From Sphingobacteriales bacterium (GTDB lineage Bacteria; Bacteroidota; Bacteroidia; Chitinophagales; JADIYW01): a stretch of 64,000 nt of DNA. The stretch's first letter is position 1; the number at the start of each line of letters is the position of its first letter. The position numbers and the translations under genes were made by a program. Positions 37,071 through 47,448 of this stretch are shown here, in pieces. The stretch spans positions 21,694-85,693 of the forward strand of contig JADKIQ010000020.1 of assembly GCA_016721245.1 (NCBI GenBank). Direction: 5' to 3'. The notes under the pieces are model-generated. The model saw nothing but the letters and a program-made list of their open reading frames with translations, had not been told where the DNA came from and did not search any database.

Positions 37071-38870
37071 ATGAGCGAAACATTAGCCGACGTAAAAAAC
37101 TTACTCAAAGGCGGTGAGTTTTTAGTTAAAGAATCTAACTTTCAGGATGTTTTTACACCTGAAGATTTAAACGAAGAACAGCAAATGATTGTCGATACAG
37201 TCGTGTCATTTGTTGATACGGAAATTACGCCGATTTACGACAGAATTGAACATCAGGAACCAGGGCTTACAGAATCATTACTGATGAAGGCAGGCGAATT
37301 AGGCTTGCTGGGTTTAGCTATTCCTGAAGAGTACGGCGGGATGGGTAAAGACTTTAATACTAATTCATTGTTGATTGAGTATCTGTCTAAATCTCGTTCA
37401 TTCTCCTTGTCCTTAGGAGCGCATATTGGTATCGGTACTTTGCCGATAGTTTATTTCGGAAATGAGCAGCAAAAAGCACACTATTTACCAAAACTGGCAA
37501 GCGGTGAATTGAAAGCTTGCTACTGCCTGACAGAACCAAGTTCAGGTTCTGATGCCTTAGGTGCTAAAACAACGGCTATTTTAAATGCAGAAGGAACACA
37601 CTATATCGTAAATGGTCAGAAAATGTGGATTACCAATTCCGGTTTTGCAGATGTATTCATTGTTTTCTGTCAGATTGGAGGCGATAAATTCTCCTGCCTG
37701 ATTTTAGAAAAAGGCATGGAAGGCTTGACATTAGGTGCTGAAGAGAAAAAAATGGGTATCAAAGGTTCTTCTACCCGTCAGGTGTTTTTAGAAAATGTAA
37801 AAGTGCCGGTAGGAAATTTATTAGGCGAAATAGGAAAAGGTCATTTAATCGCTTTCAACATCTTAAACGTAGGCCGTTATAAATTGGCAGCTGGTGTTTT
37901 AGGCGGTTCTAAATTAGCCTTGGAACAATCGGCAAAATATGCAGTAGAACGTCAGCAATTTAAAACACCGATTGCAACGTTTGGCGCAATTCAATACAAG
38001 ATTGCAGAAATGGCAACACGTATCTACGCATTGCAAAGTTCTTGCTATCGTGCATCCGATATGATTGACAATAAAGAAAAAGAATTGGTAGCAAACGGAA
38101 AACCATATCAGGAAGCTATCATGTTAGCGGCTGAAGAATATGCTATCGAATGTTCATTGTTAAAATTCATCGGTTCAGAAGTTTTAGACTACTGTGTGGA
38201 TGAAAACGTGCAGGTACACGGCGGTATGGGTTATTCAGAAGAGTTAGGCGCTGCAGGTGCTTACAGAGATGCGCGTATCAACCGTATTTTTGAAGGTACC
38301 AACGAAATCAACCGTTTACTTTCAGTAGATATGTTATTGAAACGTGCTATGGGTGGTAAAATTGATATGATGACACCAGCGATGGCCGTTCAAAAAGAAT
38401 TAATGAGTGTTCCAGATTTTGGAGGTGACGACGATAGCACACCATTAGCAGCAGAAGTAAAAGCTATCAAAAATGCGAAAAAAGCAATTTTAATGACAGC
38501 TGGTGCAGCCGTACAGAAACTGATGACAAAACTGAAACACGAACAGGAAATCCTGATGAATGTGGCAGATATGTTGGCAGAAGTATACTCTATGGAATCT
38601 GCGGTATTGCGTACACAAAAATTAATCACTGCAAACGGTGAAGAAGCAAGTGCTACTCAAATTGATATGACGAAAGTATTTATTTCTGATGCGATAGAAA
38701 GAGTAAATTTACATGGAAAACATGCATTGCAATCTTTCGGCGAAGGCGATGAATTGCGTATTATGTTGATGGGCTTGAAACGTTACACGAAATATGAAAC
38801 ATTCAATACAAAAGATGCACGCAGAAGAATAGCTGCAAAAGTTTTGGAAGCAGGGAAATATATTTTCTAA
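37071..38870 (+). CDS. long-form acyl-CoA dehydrogenase
   Basis: ACAD N-terminal, middle and C-terminal domain signatures (CLTEPSSGSDA, WITNSGFADVF, QVHGGMGY, RIFEGTNEI) plus a C-terminal extension. The start is at ATG 37071. Confidence 0.9.
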   Translation: MSETLADVKNLLKGGEFLVKESNFQDVFTPEDLNEEQQMIVDTVVSFVDTEITPIYDRIEHQEPGLTESLLMKAGELGLLGLAIPEEYGGMGKDFNTNSLLIEYLSKSRSFSLSLGAHIGIGTLPIVYFGNEQQKAHYLPKLASGELKACYCLTEPSSGSDALGAKTTAILNAEGTHYIVNGQKMWITNSGFADVFIVFCQIGGDKFSCLILEKGMEGLTLGAEEKKMGIKGSSTRQVFLENVKVPVGNLLGEIGKGHLIAFNILNVGRYKLAAGVLGGSKLALEQSAKYAVERQQFKTPIATFGAIQYKIAEMATRIYALQSSCYRASDMIDNKEKELVANGKPYQEAIMLAAEEYAIECSLLKFIGSEVLDYCVDENVQVHGGMGYSEELGAAGAYRDARINRIFEGTNEINRLLSVDMLLKRAMGGKIDMMTPAMAVQKELMSVPDFGGDDDSTPLAAEVKAIKNAKKAILMTAGAAVQKLMTKLKHEQEILMNVADMLAEVYSMESAVLRTQKLITANGEEASATQIDMTKVFISDAIERVNLHGKHALQSFGEGDELRIMLMGLKRYTKYETFNTKDARRRIAAKVLEAGKYIF

Positions 38871-38879
38871 TACCGTTTT

Positions 38880-38902
38880 GTCATCCTGAACTCGTTTCAG
38901 GG
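38880..38902. repeat. second copy of the short hairpin repeat (gtcatcctgaactcgtttcaggg)
   Basis: About 80 percent identical to 13748-13772. Stem cctgaa/ttcagg, 10 nt after the stop codon. Confidence 0.55.
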
Positions 38903-38914
38903 TTATATACAAAG

Positions 38915-38946
38915 ACCTCGTAAGTATTTTACTTGCGAGGTTTTTT
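38915..38946 (+). terminator. rho-independent terminator after the acyl-CoA dehydrogenase gene
   Basis: Stem cctcgtaagt/acttgcgagg (one G-U pair) with a 5-nt loop and a T6 run. Confidence 0.75.
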
Positions 38947-38996
38947 GTTGTATCGCTACCTTAAATTATCTTGCAGACAGTTTTGTTAATTTAATT

Positions 38997-39004
38997 TATA
39001 TTTG
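38997..39004 (+). promoter_or_regulatory. candidate -7 promoter box TATATTTG
   Basis: Exact TAnnTTTG match 12 nt upstream of ATG 39017, with a TTG at 38971-38973 that could serve as the -33 element. Confidence 0.35.
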
Positions 39005-39016
39005 CTTTACATTAGT

Positions 39017-40381
39017 ATGAAAGGGAAACGCATCTTCGAACTATTAAATGAACTGACGGTGACAGAACACAGGCAGTTGATGCATCATTGTTCAAAAAGC
39101 GAGGATAAACGACTGCAAATATTTTATAAAGTTCTTAAAATTAATATAGAGTCATTAGAAGAATTTAACTTGTGCCTTATTAAACATACCTCACAGATTT
39201 TTAAAGGAAAAACAAAAGAGGAAATTGAACATATCTGCCGAAGAAACCTGGATTATTATGCACTGGAGATAGAAGGGTTGATGATCCAAAATCAGTTAAC
39301 AACAGATGAAAAACTTCGCAATATAATTATTGCAGAATCTTTAGAAAAATCAGCCAATCCTTATTTGTTGGATTATTACTACAGTAAATCGCATGTATCT
39401 GCCAAATTGTGGAGTGATAGTTATGTTGAAATAAAAGCCATAAGAGGAAAAATCAGATTAAATTTTAATACACAAACAGAGGCAGCTTACAAAGAGGCAG
39501 TAAAGTTAAATGAGCAGTTAAAAGTCAATATTGATACCTTTTATCATGATAAATATGTAGATTATTATAACAATATCTCCAATATCTACATAGAAAGTAA
39601 TCTGCTTATTAACGTAGATGAACAGAAATTAATACAAGAAATCGAAATCAAAAAAACACACTGCAATATACTGCAGTTTCAGATAGGATATCTCATTTCT
39701 CAGGCAAGATTGTGTTATAAAAACGAGCAGTTTTTTACCTATATTAACGAGGCTTACAAATTATTAAATGAATCTGGTATAGATGAACGGTCAAAAAATA
39801 TTTTAAAAAGAAAAATCCTTTTTCTGGAATTAATTATCGGTTTTTATTTTAATAAAAATCAGCAGGATTTAATGAATGTTATTGATGAAATACTGAAGAT
39901 TAATAGTGAAAATAAATTTATAGACAATAATACATTGTTTCATAAATTACTGTTAATGATTATTCATAATCAAACAGAAGAAATTCTGGAAATAGTACAC
40001 AAAGAGAAAAATTATTTTAAAGGAAAATCATCTGAACTGAAAGAATTTATCATGGCACTTGTCTTCTACAGAAAACAACAAATAAATAAGTGTATTAAGT
40101 TGATCAATGAATTAAGTTATTGTAATAATTACTTTATTGCTTTATTCTCAAAAATGATGAGTATTAAAATTCATATAGAACTTGGCAATAAGGAGTTAGC
40201 AGAATCACTCATTTACAATACAGAACGTTTTATAAAACGAAATACGGACAAATACACTGTGCTTGATTCATCTTTATATTCAGTTAATGTCTTGAAATCG
40301 AGAATTAAACAAAAGACGTATAAAAAAAGTGCTATATCTTCTGTAGCATTAACACCATTTCATGATTTTTTATTGCAATAG
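39017..40381 (+). CDS. hypothetical all-helical (TPR/helical-repeat-like) cytoplasmic protein, AT-rich orphan
   Basis: 454 aa from ATG 39017, with no signal peptide and no recognisable motif. It is Lys/Asn/Ile/Glu-rich and visibly lower in GC than its flanks. Confidence 0.6.
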   Translation: MKGKRIFELLNELTVTEHRQLMHHCSKSEDKRLQIFYKVLKINIESLEEFNLCLIKHTSQIFKGKTKEEIEHICRRNLDYYALEIEGLMIQNQLTTDEKLRNIIIAESLEKSANPYLLDYYYSKSHVSAKLWSDSYVEIKAIRGKIRLNFNTQTEAAYKEAVKLNEQLKVNIDTFYHDKYVDYYNNISNIYIESNLLINVDEQKLIQEIEIKKTHCNILQFQIGYLISQARLCYKNEQFFTYINEAYKLLNESGIDERSKNILKRKILFLELIIGFYFNKNQQDLMNVIDEILKINSENKFIDNNTLFHKLLLMIIHNQTEEILEIVHKEKNYFKGKSSELKEFIMALVFYRKQQINKCIKLINELSYCNNYFIALFSKMMSIKIHIELGNKELAESLIYNTERFIKRNTDKYTVLDSSLYSVNVLKSRIKQKTYKKSAISSVALTPFHDFLLQ

Positions 40382-40599
40382 AATAAGCTGTTTAATCTAT
40401 TGATTTTCACTGGTTGTAGTTTAAGTTTAATTATTTTTTATTTAGATTCTATATAGGGCAATTTACTTTTTTGTGTCCTGCATTTCGATTATTAGTTACC
40501 TAAATTTAATGAAGTATTTCGTTGTATAATTGAAATACTTGCTTGCTCTTTCCGTCTACAGACATATTACTCAATTCTTGTTTTTTAAATCAATTGTCT

Positions 40600-43500
40600 A
40601 TGAAGAGAAATTTACACTTTTATACTTTGTTGTTTGTGCTGTTTATTTCAACTCAGAATATAAAAGCACAGACAGCAGGTGATTATAAAACTTTTGGAGC
40701 AGGTAATTGGGCAACTGCCGCAAATTGGTCAAGATATAATGGCACAACCTGGGTGAATCCTGCACCTGCAGCCCCATCTTCTACAGATGGTGTTATTACA
40801 GTAGATCACGGCATGACCGTAAATACAACAATTACCATCGACCAGACAACCATCAGTTCATCAGGTTCTGTGGAATTGTTAACTAGCGGTGCCATTACAG
40901 TAGCAAACGGACCAGATGCCATTGATTTAAATGTATATGGTACTTATAAACGTACTGCAACTGCAACAAATTTAACCCCAACTGGAAATGTTACATTTCA
41001 ATCAGGAAGCTACTATATTCACAACGCATCAGGCGGTACCTTACCAACCTGTACATGGGATGCAGCATCCAATTTACAAATTGATGTTACTTTGGCTAAT
41101 AATGAGTTTACAGAAAGTTTTGGTAACGTAATTTTTAACGGATCTGCTGATTGTAATTTGGCAACCGGTGCTTTTACCAGAACCATACAGGGAAATCTTA
41201 CTATTTCTAGTACAGGTACTATCGGATTGTCTTCTTCAACTACAAATGCTGCGACGTTAACAATAAATGGTAATTTGATAATCAATGCAAACGGTAGTTT
41301 AATTTTAGACAGACCTACTGCAGCAAATGGCACATCACTCACTAAAAAAATTATTGTAAAAGGTAATTTTGAACAATCAACCGGTACACTCAATTTCTCA
41401 AACAACACCAGTACCACCATTAGTGCGCCACCCTCCAGAATTGCAGAAATAGATGTGGAAGGAAATTTTATACATACAGGGGGCACCATAACAGAAACTG
41501 CGTCTGATGCAGATTTTACGTCGAGGTTTAATATGACAAAAACTACCGGTACACAAAATATAGAAAGTACCGGATTCTCAAACGGAGCATCTAATATTAT
41601 CAACTTCTTAGCAGGAAATGCCAATGCTAAATCTGTAGTTGCGACTGGTAAAACATTTACTCAGGCAGCCAATACTACCTTTACGGTTTCTGCCGGCACT
41701 TCAACACCGGATTTAGATATAGACGGAACATTAATAAACCAAGGCACTACGTCCTGGACAGTTAATGGAACTTGGGCTGTGAATAATAACGGAACGTATG
41801 TACATAATACATTAGCAGGTATTTCTACTCCTCTAAATTCTGCAACTCTTAATACCGGCAGTAACTTTATTTACAGAGGCTCATCTACTTTAAATACACC
41901 TGTTTCGTCCAGTGGCAGAACTTATTATAATCTTGCTTATGAAAGCACTTCCGGAACATATGCTCCTACATTTAGTGCAGGTTCAAGTGCATTAACCGTT
42001 AATGGAACACTTCGTGTAGGTGATGGCTCTGCTAATGCAACGAATTTAAGTCAGGGTGCATTTACAGGCACTTTAAATTTCAACGGTGATATTAACATCA
42101 CGCAAAGTTCAACATTAAGCTGTAATTCTTTTACACTTGCAGCTGATAAAATTTTAACCTTATCTAATGCTTCGGCAAACAGTCTTTCTGCAGCATCAGC
42201 CAGTCAAACATTTACACTTAATGGTATAACCAAAGAAGTAAATACAAATGGATTTTCGGGTGCTTCAACAAGAGCCATTAGTAATACTAATTCACCAACA
42301 ATTACATTAGGCAGTGCGGCAACAGTAGAATTTAACGGAACTTCCAATCAGCCAACTTCAGGATTACCTTCAACAGTTCCAAATGTTACAATAAATAATA
42401 ATGCGGGTGTAACACTATCTGCTGGTTTAGATGTATCAACATCATTAGCACTTACTGCAGGGTTATTTACTATTGGAGCAAACAATCTTACCTTTGGTAC
42501 ATCCGCCACAATAAGTGGTACGCCATCTTCCACAAAAATGGTAGTGGCCACCAGCACCGGTGAATTCAGAAAAAATTATGCAGGCACCGGCTCCTTTTTA
42601 TTTCCGGTAGGAGATAACACCGGAACAGCTGAATATAGTCCGGTTACTTTAAATTTTACTGCTGGAACTTTTTCTGCTGCGTATGCAGGTGTACGAGTGG
42701 ATAATTCTAAACATACCAATAATTCCAGCATTACTGATTTTTTAAACAGATTCTGGACGGTTACCACGAGTGGTATCACTTCACCCACCTGTGATGTTAC
42801 ATTAGTGTATGCAGATGGTGATGTGAATGGAACAGAATCCAATATTTTTGGCGGTGTTAAAAACGGAAGTGTCTGGGTTTGCATGGATGGCGTTGCCGTT
42901 TCAACAAACACCATTAATAAATCAATCACCAACTTTTATGATGGAGTTTTTACAGGCGGTGATGCAACAGTTATGGTTTGTACGGTTTGTATCAATCCAA
43001 CAAATGGTGGCAGTATTGGTAACGCACAATCCTATACTTGTGGCAGTTTTGATCCTGCTGCAATTACAAATACAGCAGCTCCGACCGGGCATACAGGTAC
43101 TTTGGAATATCAATGGCAATTATCCACAACAAGTAATTCAAGTGGATTTAGTGATATTAGTGGTGCTATTTCTGATACGTATGATCCGGCTTCCATTTCA
43201 CAAACCACTTGGTATAAACGATTGTCGAGAGTGGATTGTAAATCAAACTGGACAGGAGCTGCAGAATCCAATGTAGTTGAAATGACAGTGTCCTGTGTCA
43301 ATCCGACAAGTGGTGGTACGATTGGAAATGCACAGTCAAATTGCGGTTCATTTAACCCTACCACAATTACAAATACTGCAGATGCAAGCGGTACATCCTG
43401 TACCATAGAATATCAATGGCAGTCTTCCACAACCAGTAATGCTTCTGGATTTAGCGATATCAGTGGTGCAACTTCATCAACATATGATCCTTCAACCATA

Positions 43501-46500
43501 ACTCAAACTACCTGGTTCAAAAGAATAGCACGCTCAATATGCAGATTAGATTGGGTTGGTGTAGTTGAATCTAATGTAATTGAAATGACTATAGATGTTG
43601 CACCATCTATAACAACTCAGCCAGGCAGTCCGGCAGCAGTTTGTGCTGGTACAGGAAATCGAACATTTACGGTAGCAGCAATAGGAAGTGGTACGTTAAC
43701 TTATCAATGGCAGGAATTTATTTCAGGATGGAATGATGTAACGAATGGCGGAGTTTATTCAGGGGCAACAACTGTTACTTTAACCATCACCAATCCAACA
43801 GCAGGAATGAATGGTAACAGATACCGTTGTGTAGTTTCAGGTACTTGTTCTCCTATAGCAACATCTGATGGAAATGCTACACTTACAGTGAACGATGTTC
43901 CTTTGAAAGCAGTTATTCCATTTCCCGGTGATGGTTCAATAAATATTGTTTTAGATCCGGATTTAAACTGGACAGACGGCGGTAATGCTGCAACGTATGA
44001 TGTATATTTTGGCACCTCATCACCAGGTTCGTTTATTGGAAATCAGGCATCAGCAAGTTACACACCTGCAACCTTAAGCAACTCAACATTATATTACTGG
44101 CGAATAAATTCAGTTAATTCCTGTGGAACTACAACAGGAGATATCTGGTCATTCACAACAGAGCCGGTTACGTTTAATCCGGGTTTTGAAAACAATGTTG
44201 GGACAGCCAATGGTTGGATAAAAGATGCTTCCGGAAATATTGCAGTCACCATCGGAACAGCACCTTCAACAGCTGCCGTTCGTACAGGAAACAGACGATT
44301 GAATGTAACCGTAACAACCACGAACGAACGTTATGTTCAACATGTTGGATATCCTGTTGTTATTCCAGGAAGCGGTACAAATTATATTCATGCTATCGGA
44401 TATATCCGTTCAGCAGATAATGCTGATTTAGGCAGAGTTTCAGCTATATCTACTGATGGTGGAACTGCTGTAAATGGTTCTTTAAGTGCAACAACTTCTG
44501 GTTCATGGGTGAGATTCACGGCAAGTGGTACCGCTACAAACGGAAGAACCTATATACCAAGAATTGGTGTGGATGGTGATAATGATGCGGGTGGAGATAC
44601 TTACGGATTTGAAGATGTAATCATTTATACAACAACACTTTCATCCGGAGTGGATGTAACTGCACCAAATGTAGCCACAGGCTTATGTATTAATTCAGTT
44701 GGAAATAATAATGTTATAACCTGGACGGATGGAACAGACAATGCCACACAAACCAGTGGTATTAATGGTGTGATGATTTTACGTGCACCTGCCGGAACGT
44801 CATTGCCTACTCTGAATAATCAGGGTTATTATTCCACAGATTCAAAAATTGGCCCGAATACAATTAACGGCTGGACGGTTTTATCAAATAATATTGCACC
44901 CGGTACTCAAACTTACACAGATAATAATTCGGCGGGTACACCATTTATTTATGCTGTGTATATGCGTGACAAAGCATATAATTATTCCGCAGCAGCCAGT
45001 TTTACAACAGCAAATGGCGGTTCAGATCAAACACTGGCTTGTGGTGCAACAACAGCGACTATGGCAGGAACAGCAGCTCCGGGCGGTTATACTGGAACAT
45101 GGACTTTGGTTAGTGGATCAGGAACAATTACATCTCCAAATTCTGCAACAACAACAATCACCGGTATCACATCTAATTCTATATTTAAGTGGTCAGTAAC
45201 GAATGGTTCAGGCTGTTCAACTTTTGATTATGTAAATGTATATTCCTCTATTTTGCCTGATGGATATCCGTTGGATGATACAGTATATAATGAAACAGGT
45301 ACTGCATCTTTTGGTACGTCACCAACATTTACTGCTGGCGTTACCTATCAATGGGTAGTTTATAATGGTACCACCTGGTCTGATGTTGTCAATGGTGGTG
45401 TGTATTCAGGAGCAACAGATACTGTTCTTATTATAAATAACCCTCCGTTCAGTATGAACGGGTATAAGTATTTTTGTAAACTTATGAGGAGTCCGTGCGA
45501 CCTTACTCAAACATTACAGGCAACTTTATCGGTGTTGCCATTGACAATATTTTCTAATACAACTACAAAAGCATGTGGTACAGATTTTGGCAGTAGTTTC
45601 GGTACATTTACAAGAAATATAACAGTATCGGGATTACCAACACCATTAAACAATACAGGAGGCAAATATGTATTGCAGCAAATTGATATAAAATTAGGAA
45701 GCTCGTCTTGTAAGAAGAATCTAAGCACGTATGATTTTAGATTAACAGCTCCGGATGGTACTAATATAGACTTTATCACAGACTTAACTACTACCTCAAC
45801 AAATGTTTGGGCTGATTTGCATTTCAGAGATCAGCCATCATTAGAGAAGATAAGGGAATATAGTAATACTGTACAAGGTTCTTATTATCCATACGGTATT
45901 GGTTATTATGCTGTAGATGGTGATAATAGTTTTCAAAGCACATTCAATGGGAAAAGCCCGAATGGAACCTGGGTGTTATCCATTAAAGAGAGTGTAAGCA
46001 CAGGCAATGAGATTTCTTTTGAAGGTGTAAAATTATACTTTGGACCTGCATTTGTAAATAATGTTGTAACAACTGTGGATGCAAATAATGATTGTGTTTC
46101 CGCAACTTGTTTGGACACTAAAAGTAAGATAGTGGGCACAAATAATTACTATCCTCAAAGTGACCCTAATTACCCTGGAAACACAGTTAGCGGCGCCTGT
46201 GACTGGAATGCAGCAAACAATAACAGTACCTGGTTTTATTTTATAGCAAGTGCTACAACAGCCTATATTTCTGTAAGCGGTAACACAAATCAAACGGCTG
46301 GTTCAGATGACACACAGCCAATTGTACTTAGCCAGACAGGTGATTGCACGGGTAGTTTTAGTGTGCCAACCGGAGGATGCCCAAATGACGAAACAAGAAA
46401 TAATACCGCATATCTCTCAGCTAATGGCGGAGGGATTACTACTTCGGGAAATATATATGTTAATGGTATAGCTGCAAATACTGAGTTTAATCTATCTGGA

Positions 46501-47136
46501 CTAACAGTTGGACAAAAATATTATTTGTTAGTGGATGGGAATGGAGGTATTTCATCCACATTCTATTTGGAAGGTTTAAATGGTTGTGCTGTTTGTAATA
46601 CATTACTGCCAATAGAATTACTGTATTTTAAAACGACCTGCGAGAATAACGGTGAATTAATTTACTGGGCCACGGCATCGGAACTGAACAATGATTATTT
46701 TGATATAGAAGTCAGTACAGATTCCAGAAACTGGGAAAAAATAGCAACCATAAACGGTTCGGGTAACAGTAATAATGTAAAAGAGTATTCCTGGAAAAAT
46801 AATAAACCAATTTCAGGTATTAAATATTACAGAATTAAACAAGTAGATTTTAATGGAAAATACACCTATTCGTATATCATATCTTCAACCTGTCATTTTG
46901 AAGATGACAGCAATTTTTTAGTTTACGTAAACCAGAATAATGAAGAAGTTATAATATACGGAAATAATGGTGCTGAAGAAGATTATACTTTGTTTGATAA
47001 CTTAGGCAGAGTAATAATCAAAGGGTTTATTCACGATAAAATATCAAATATTAATATTCAGCAATTACAAAAAGGTGTTTATATACTTAAGCTCGGAAAT
47101 GAATCAATCAAAACATTTAAAATTGTGAAACAATAA
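40600..47136 (+). CDS. giant secreted T9SS cargo protein (type A Por C-terminal sorting domain), adhesin-like
   Basis: Signal peptide from ATG 40600 (MKRNLHFYTLLFVLFISTQNIKAQ). Contains a T/N/S/G-rich beta-helix-like region, repeated ~100-aa YQWQ modules, Ig-like modules, an Fn3-like module and a proprotein-convertase P-domain-like segment (..FRLTAPDGTNIDFITDL..NGTWVLSIKES). The terminal ~70 aa fit the Por secretion tail (..KGVYILKLGNESIKTFKIVKQ). Confidence 0.85.
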   Translation: MKRNLHFYTLLFVLFISTQNIKAQTAGDYKTFGAGNWATAANWSRYNGTTWVNPAPAAPSSTDGVITVDHGMTVNTTITIDQTTISSSGSVELLTSGAITVANGPDAIDLNVYGTYKRTATATNLTPTGNVTFQSGSYYIHNASGGTLPTCTWDAASNLQIDVTLANNEFTESFGNVIFNGSADCNLATGAFTRTIQGNLTISSTGTIGLSSSTTNAATLTINGNLIINANGSLILDRPTAANGTSLTKKIIVKGNFEQSTGTLNFSNNTSTTISAPPSRIAEIDVEGNFIHTGGTITETASDADFTSRFNMTKTTGTQNIESTGFSNGASNIINFLAGNANAKSVVATGKTFTQAANTTFTVSAGTSTPDLDIDGTLINQGTTSWTVNGTWAVNNNGTYVHNTLAGISTPLNSATLNTGSNFIYRGSSTLNTPVSSSGRTYYNLAYESTSGTYAPTFSAGSSALTVNGTLRVGDGSANATNLSQGAFTGTLNFNGDINITQSSTLSCNSFTLAADKILTLSNASANSLSAASASQTFTLNGITKEVNTNGFSGASTRAISNTNSPTITLGSAATVEFNGTSNQPTSGLPSTVPNVTINNNAGVTLSAGLDVSTSLALTAGLFTIGANNLTFGTSATISGTPSSTKMVVATSTGEFRKNYAGTGSFLFPVGDNTGTAEYSPVTLNFTAGTFSAAYAGVRVDNSKHTNNSSITDFLNRFWTVTTSGITSPTCDVTLVYADGDVNGTESNIFGGVKNGSVWVCMDGVAVSTNTINKSITNFYDGVFTGGDATVMVCTVCINPTNGGSIGNAQSYTCGSFDPAAITNTAAPTGHTGTLEYQWQLSTTSNSSGFSDISGAISDTYDPASISQTTWYKRLSRVDCKSNWTGAAESNVVEMTVSCVNPTSGGTIGNAQSNCGSFNPTTITNTADASGTSCTIEYQWQSSTTSNASGFSDISGATSSTYDPSTITQTTWFKRIARSICRLDWVGVVESNVIEMTIDVAPSITTQPGSPAAVCAGTGNRTFTVAAIGSGTLTYQWQEFISGWNDVTNGGVYSGATTVTLTITNPTAGMNGNRYRCVVSGTCSPIATSDGNATLTVNDVPLKAVIPFPGDGSINIVLDPDLNWTDGGNAATYDVYFGTSSPGSFIGNQASASYTPATLSNSTLYYWRINSVNSCGTTTGDIWSFTTEPVTFNPGFENNVGTANGWIKDASGNIAVTIGTAPSTAAVRTGNRRLNVTVTTTNERYVQHVGYPVVIPGSGTNYIHAIGYIRSADNADLGRVSAISTDGGTAVNGSLSATTSGSWVRFTASGTATNGRTYIPRIGVDGDNDAGGDTYGFEDVIIYTTTLSSGVDVTAPNVATGLCINSVGNNNVITWTDGTDNATQTSGINGVMILRAPAGTSLPTLNNQGYYSTDSKIGPNTINGWTVLSNNIAPGTQTYTDNNSAGTPFIYAVYMRDKAYNYSAAASFTTANGGSDQTLACGATTATMAGTAAPGGYTGTWTLVSGSGTITSPNSATTTITGITSNSIFKWSVTNGSGCSTFDYVNVYSSILPDGYPLDDTVYNETGTASFGTSPTFTAGVTYQWVVYNGTTWSDVVNGGVYSGATDTVLIINNPPFSMNGYKYFCKLMRSPCDLTQTLQATLSVLPLTIFSNTTTKACGTDFGSSFGTFTRNITVSGLPTPLNNTGGKYVLQQIDIKLGSSSCKKNLSTYDFRLTAPDGTNIDFITDLTTTSTNVWADLHFRDQPSLEKIREYSNTVQGSYYPYGIGYYAVDGDNSFQSTFNGKSPNGTWVLSIKESVSTGNEISFEGVKLYFGPAFVNNVVTTVDANNDCVSATCLDTKSKIVGTNNYYPQSDPNYPGNTVSGACDWNAANNNSTWFYFIASATTAYISVSGNTNQTAGSDDTQPIVLSQTGDCTGSFSVPTGGCPNDETRNNTAYLSANGGGITTSGNIYVNGIAANTEFNLSGLTVGQKYYLLVDGNGGISSTFYLEGLNGCAVCNTLLPIELLYFKTTCENNGELIYWATASELNNDYFDIEVSTDSRNWEKIATINGSGNSNNVKEYSWKNNKPISGIKYYRIKQVDFNGKYTYSYIISSTCHFEDDSNFLVYVNQNNEEVIIYGNNGAEEDYTLFDNLGRVIIKGFIHDKISNINIQQLQKGVYILKLGNESIKTFKIVKQ

Positions 47137-47168
47137 ATTTCTAACCAAATTTCTTCATACTTGTTTCC

Positions 47169-47195
47169 GCCACCTTTTTCAGGGTGGCTTTTTTT
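47169..47195 (+). terminator. rho-independent terminator after the first giant gene
   Basis: Stem gccacctt/agggtggc (one G-U pair) with loop tttc and a T7 run. Confidence 0.7.
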
Positions 47196-47448
47196 ATCAG
47201 AACTATTTTTATTTGTATTCTGCGCAGGAATAACTACATATTAATTTTATGATTTAAATGTGCGTTTTATTTTCTGTTGTAACTGATTAATAGTTAATAA
47301 GATAAAGCAAAATTTAATTTGTAAATCAAGAAATATTTTAAATTTTAAGTAGGGCAATCGTAGAATATTATCACTAAGATAAACTTTGTTATACTCTTAT
47401 ATTTAGAAATAAATTTTAGTCTCTCAAACAATTTACAAATAAGATATC

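Noticed and set aside
40454-40462. A shared 9-mer TAGGGCAAT lies upstream of both giant genes (also at 47350-47358) and could be a common operator.
   Set aside because: A single 9-mer shared by two intergenic regions of 200-300 nt is expected by chance at roughly 0.1-0.3. The flanks are not conserved and the distances to the start codons differ.
41019-41624. A 201-aa antisense ORF, and several 60-150 aa ORFs, lie inside the first giant gene (40600-47136).
   Set aside because: They are embedded in a continuous 2178-aa sense frame with a clear signal peptide and T9SS CTD. Compositional bias in T/N/S/G-rich coding DNA leaves alternative frames open.
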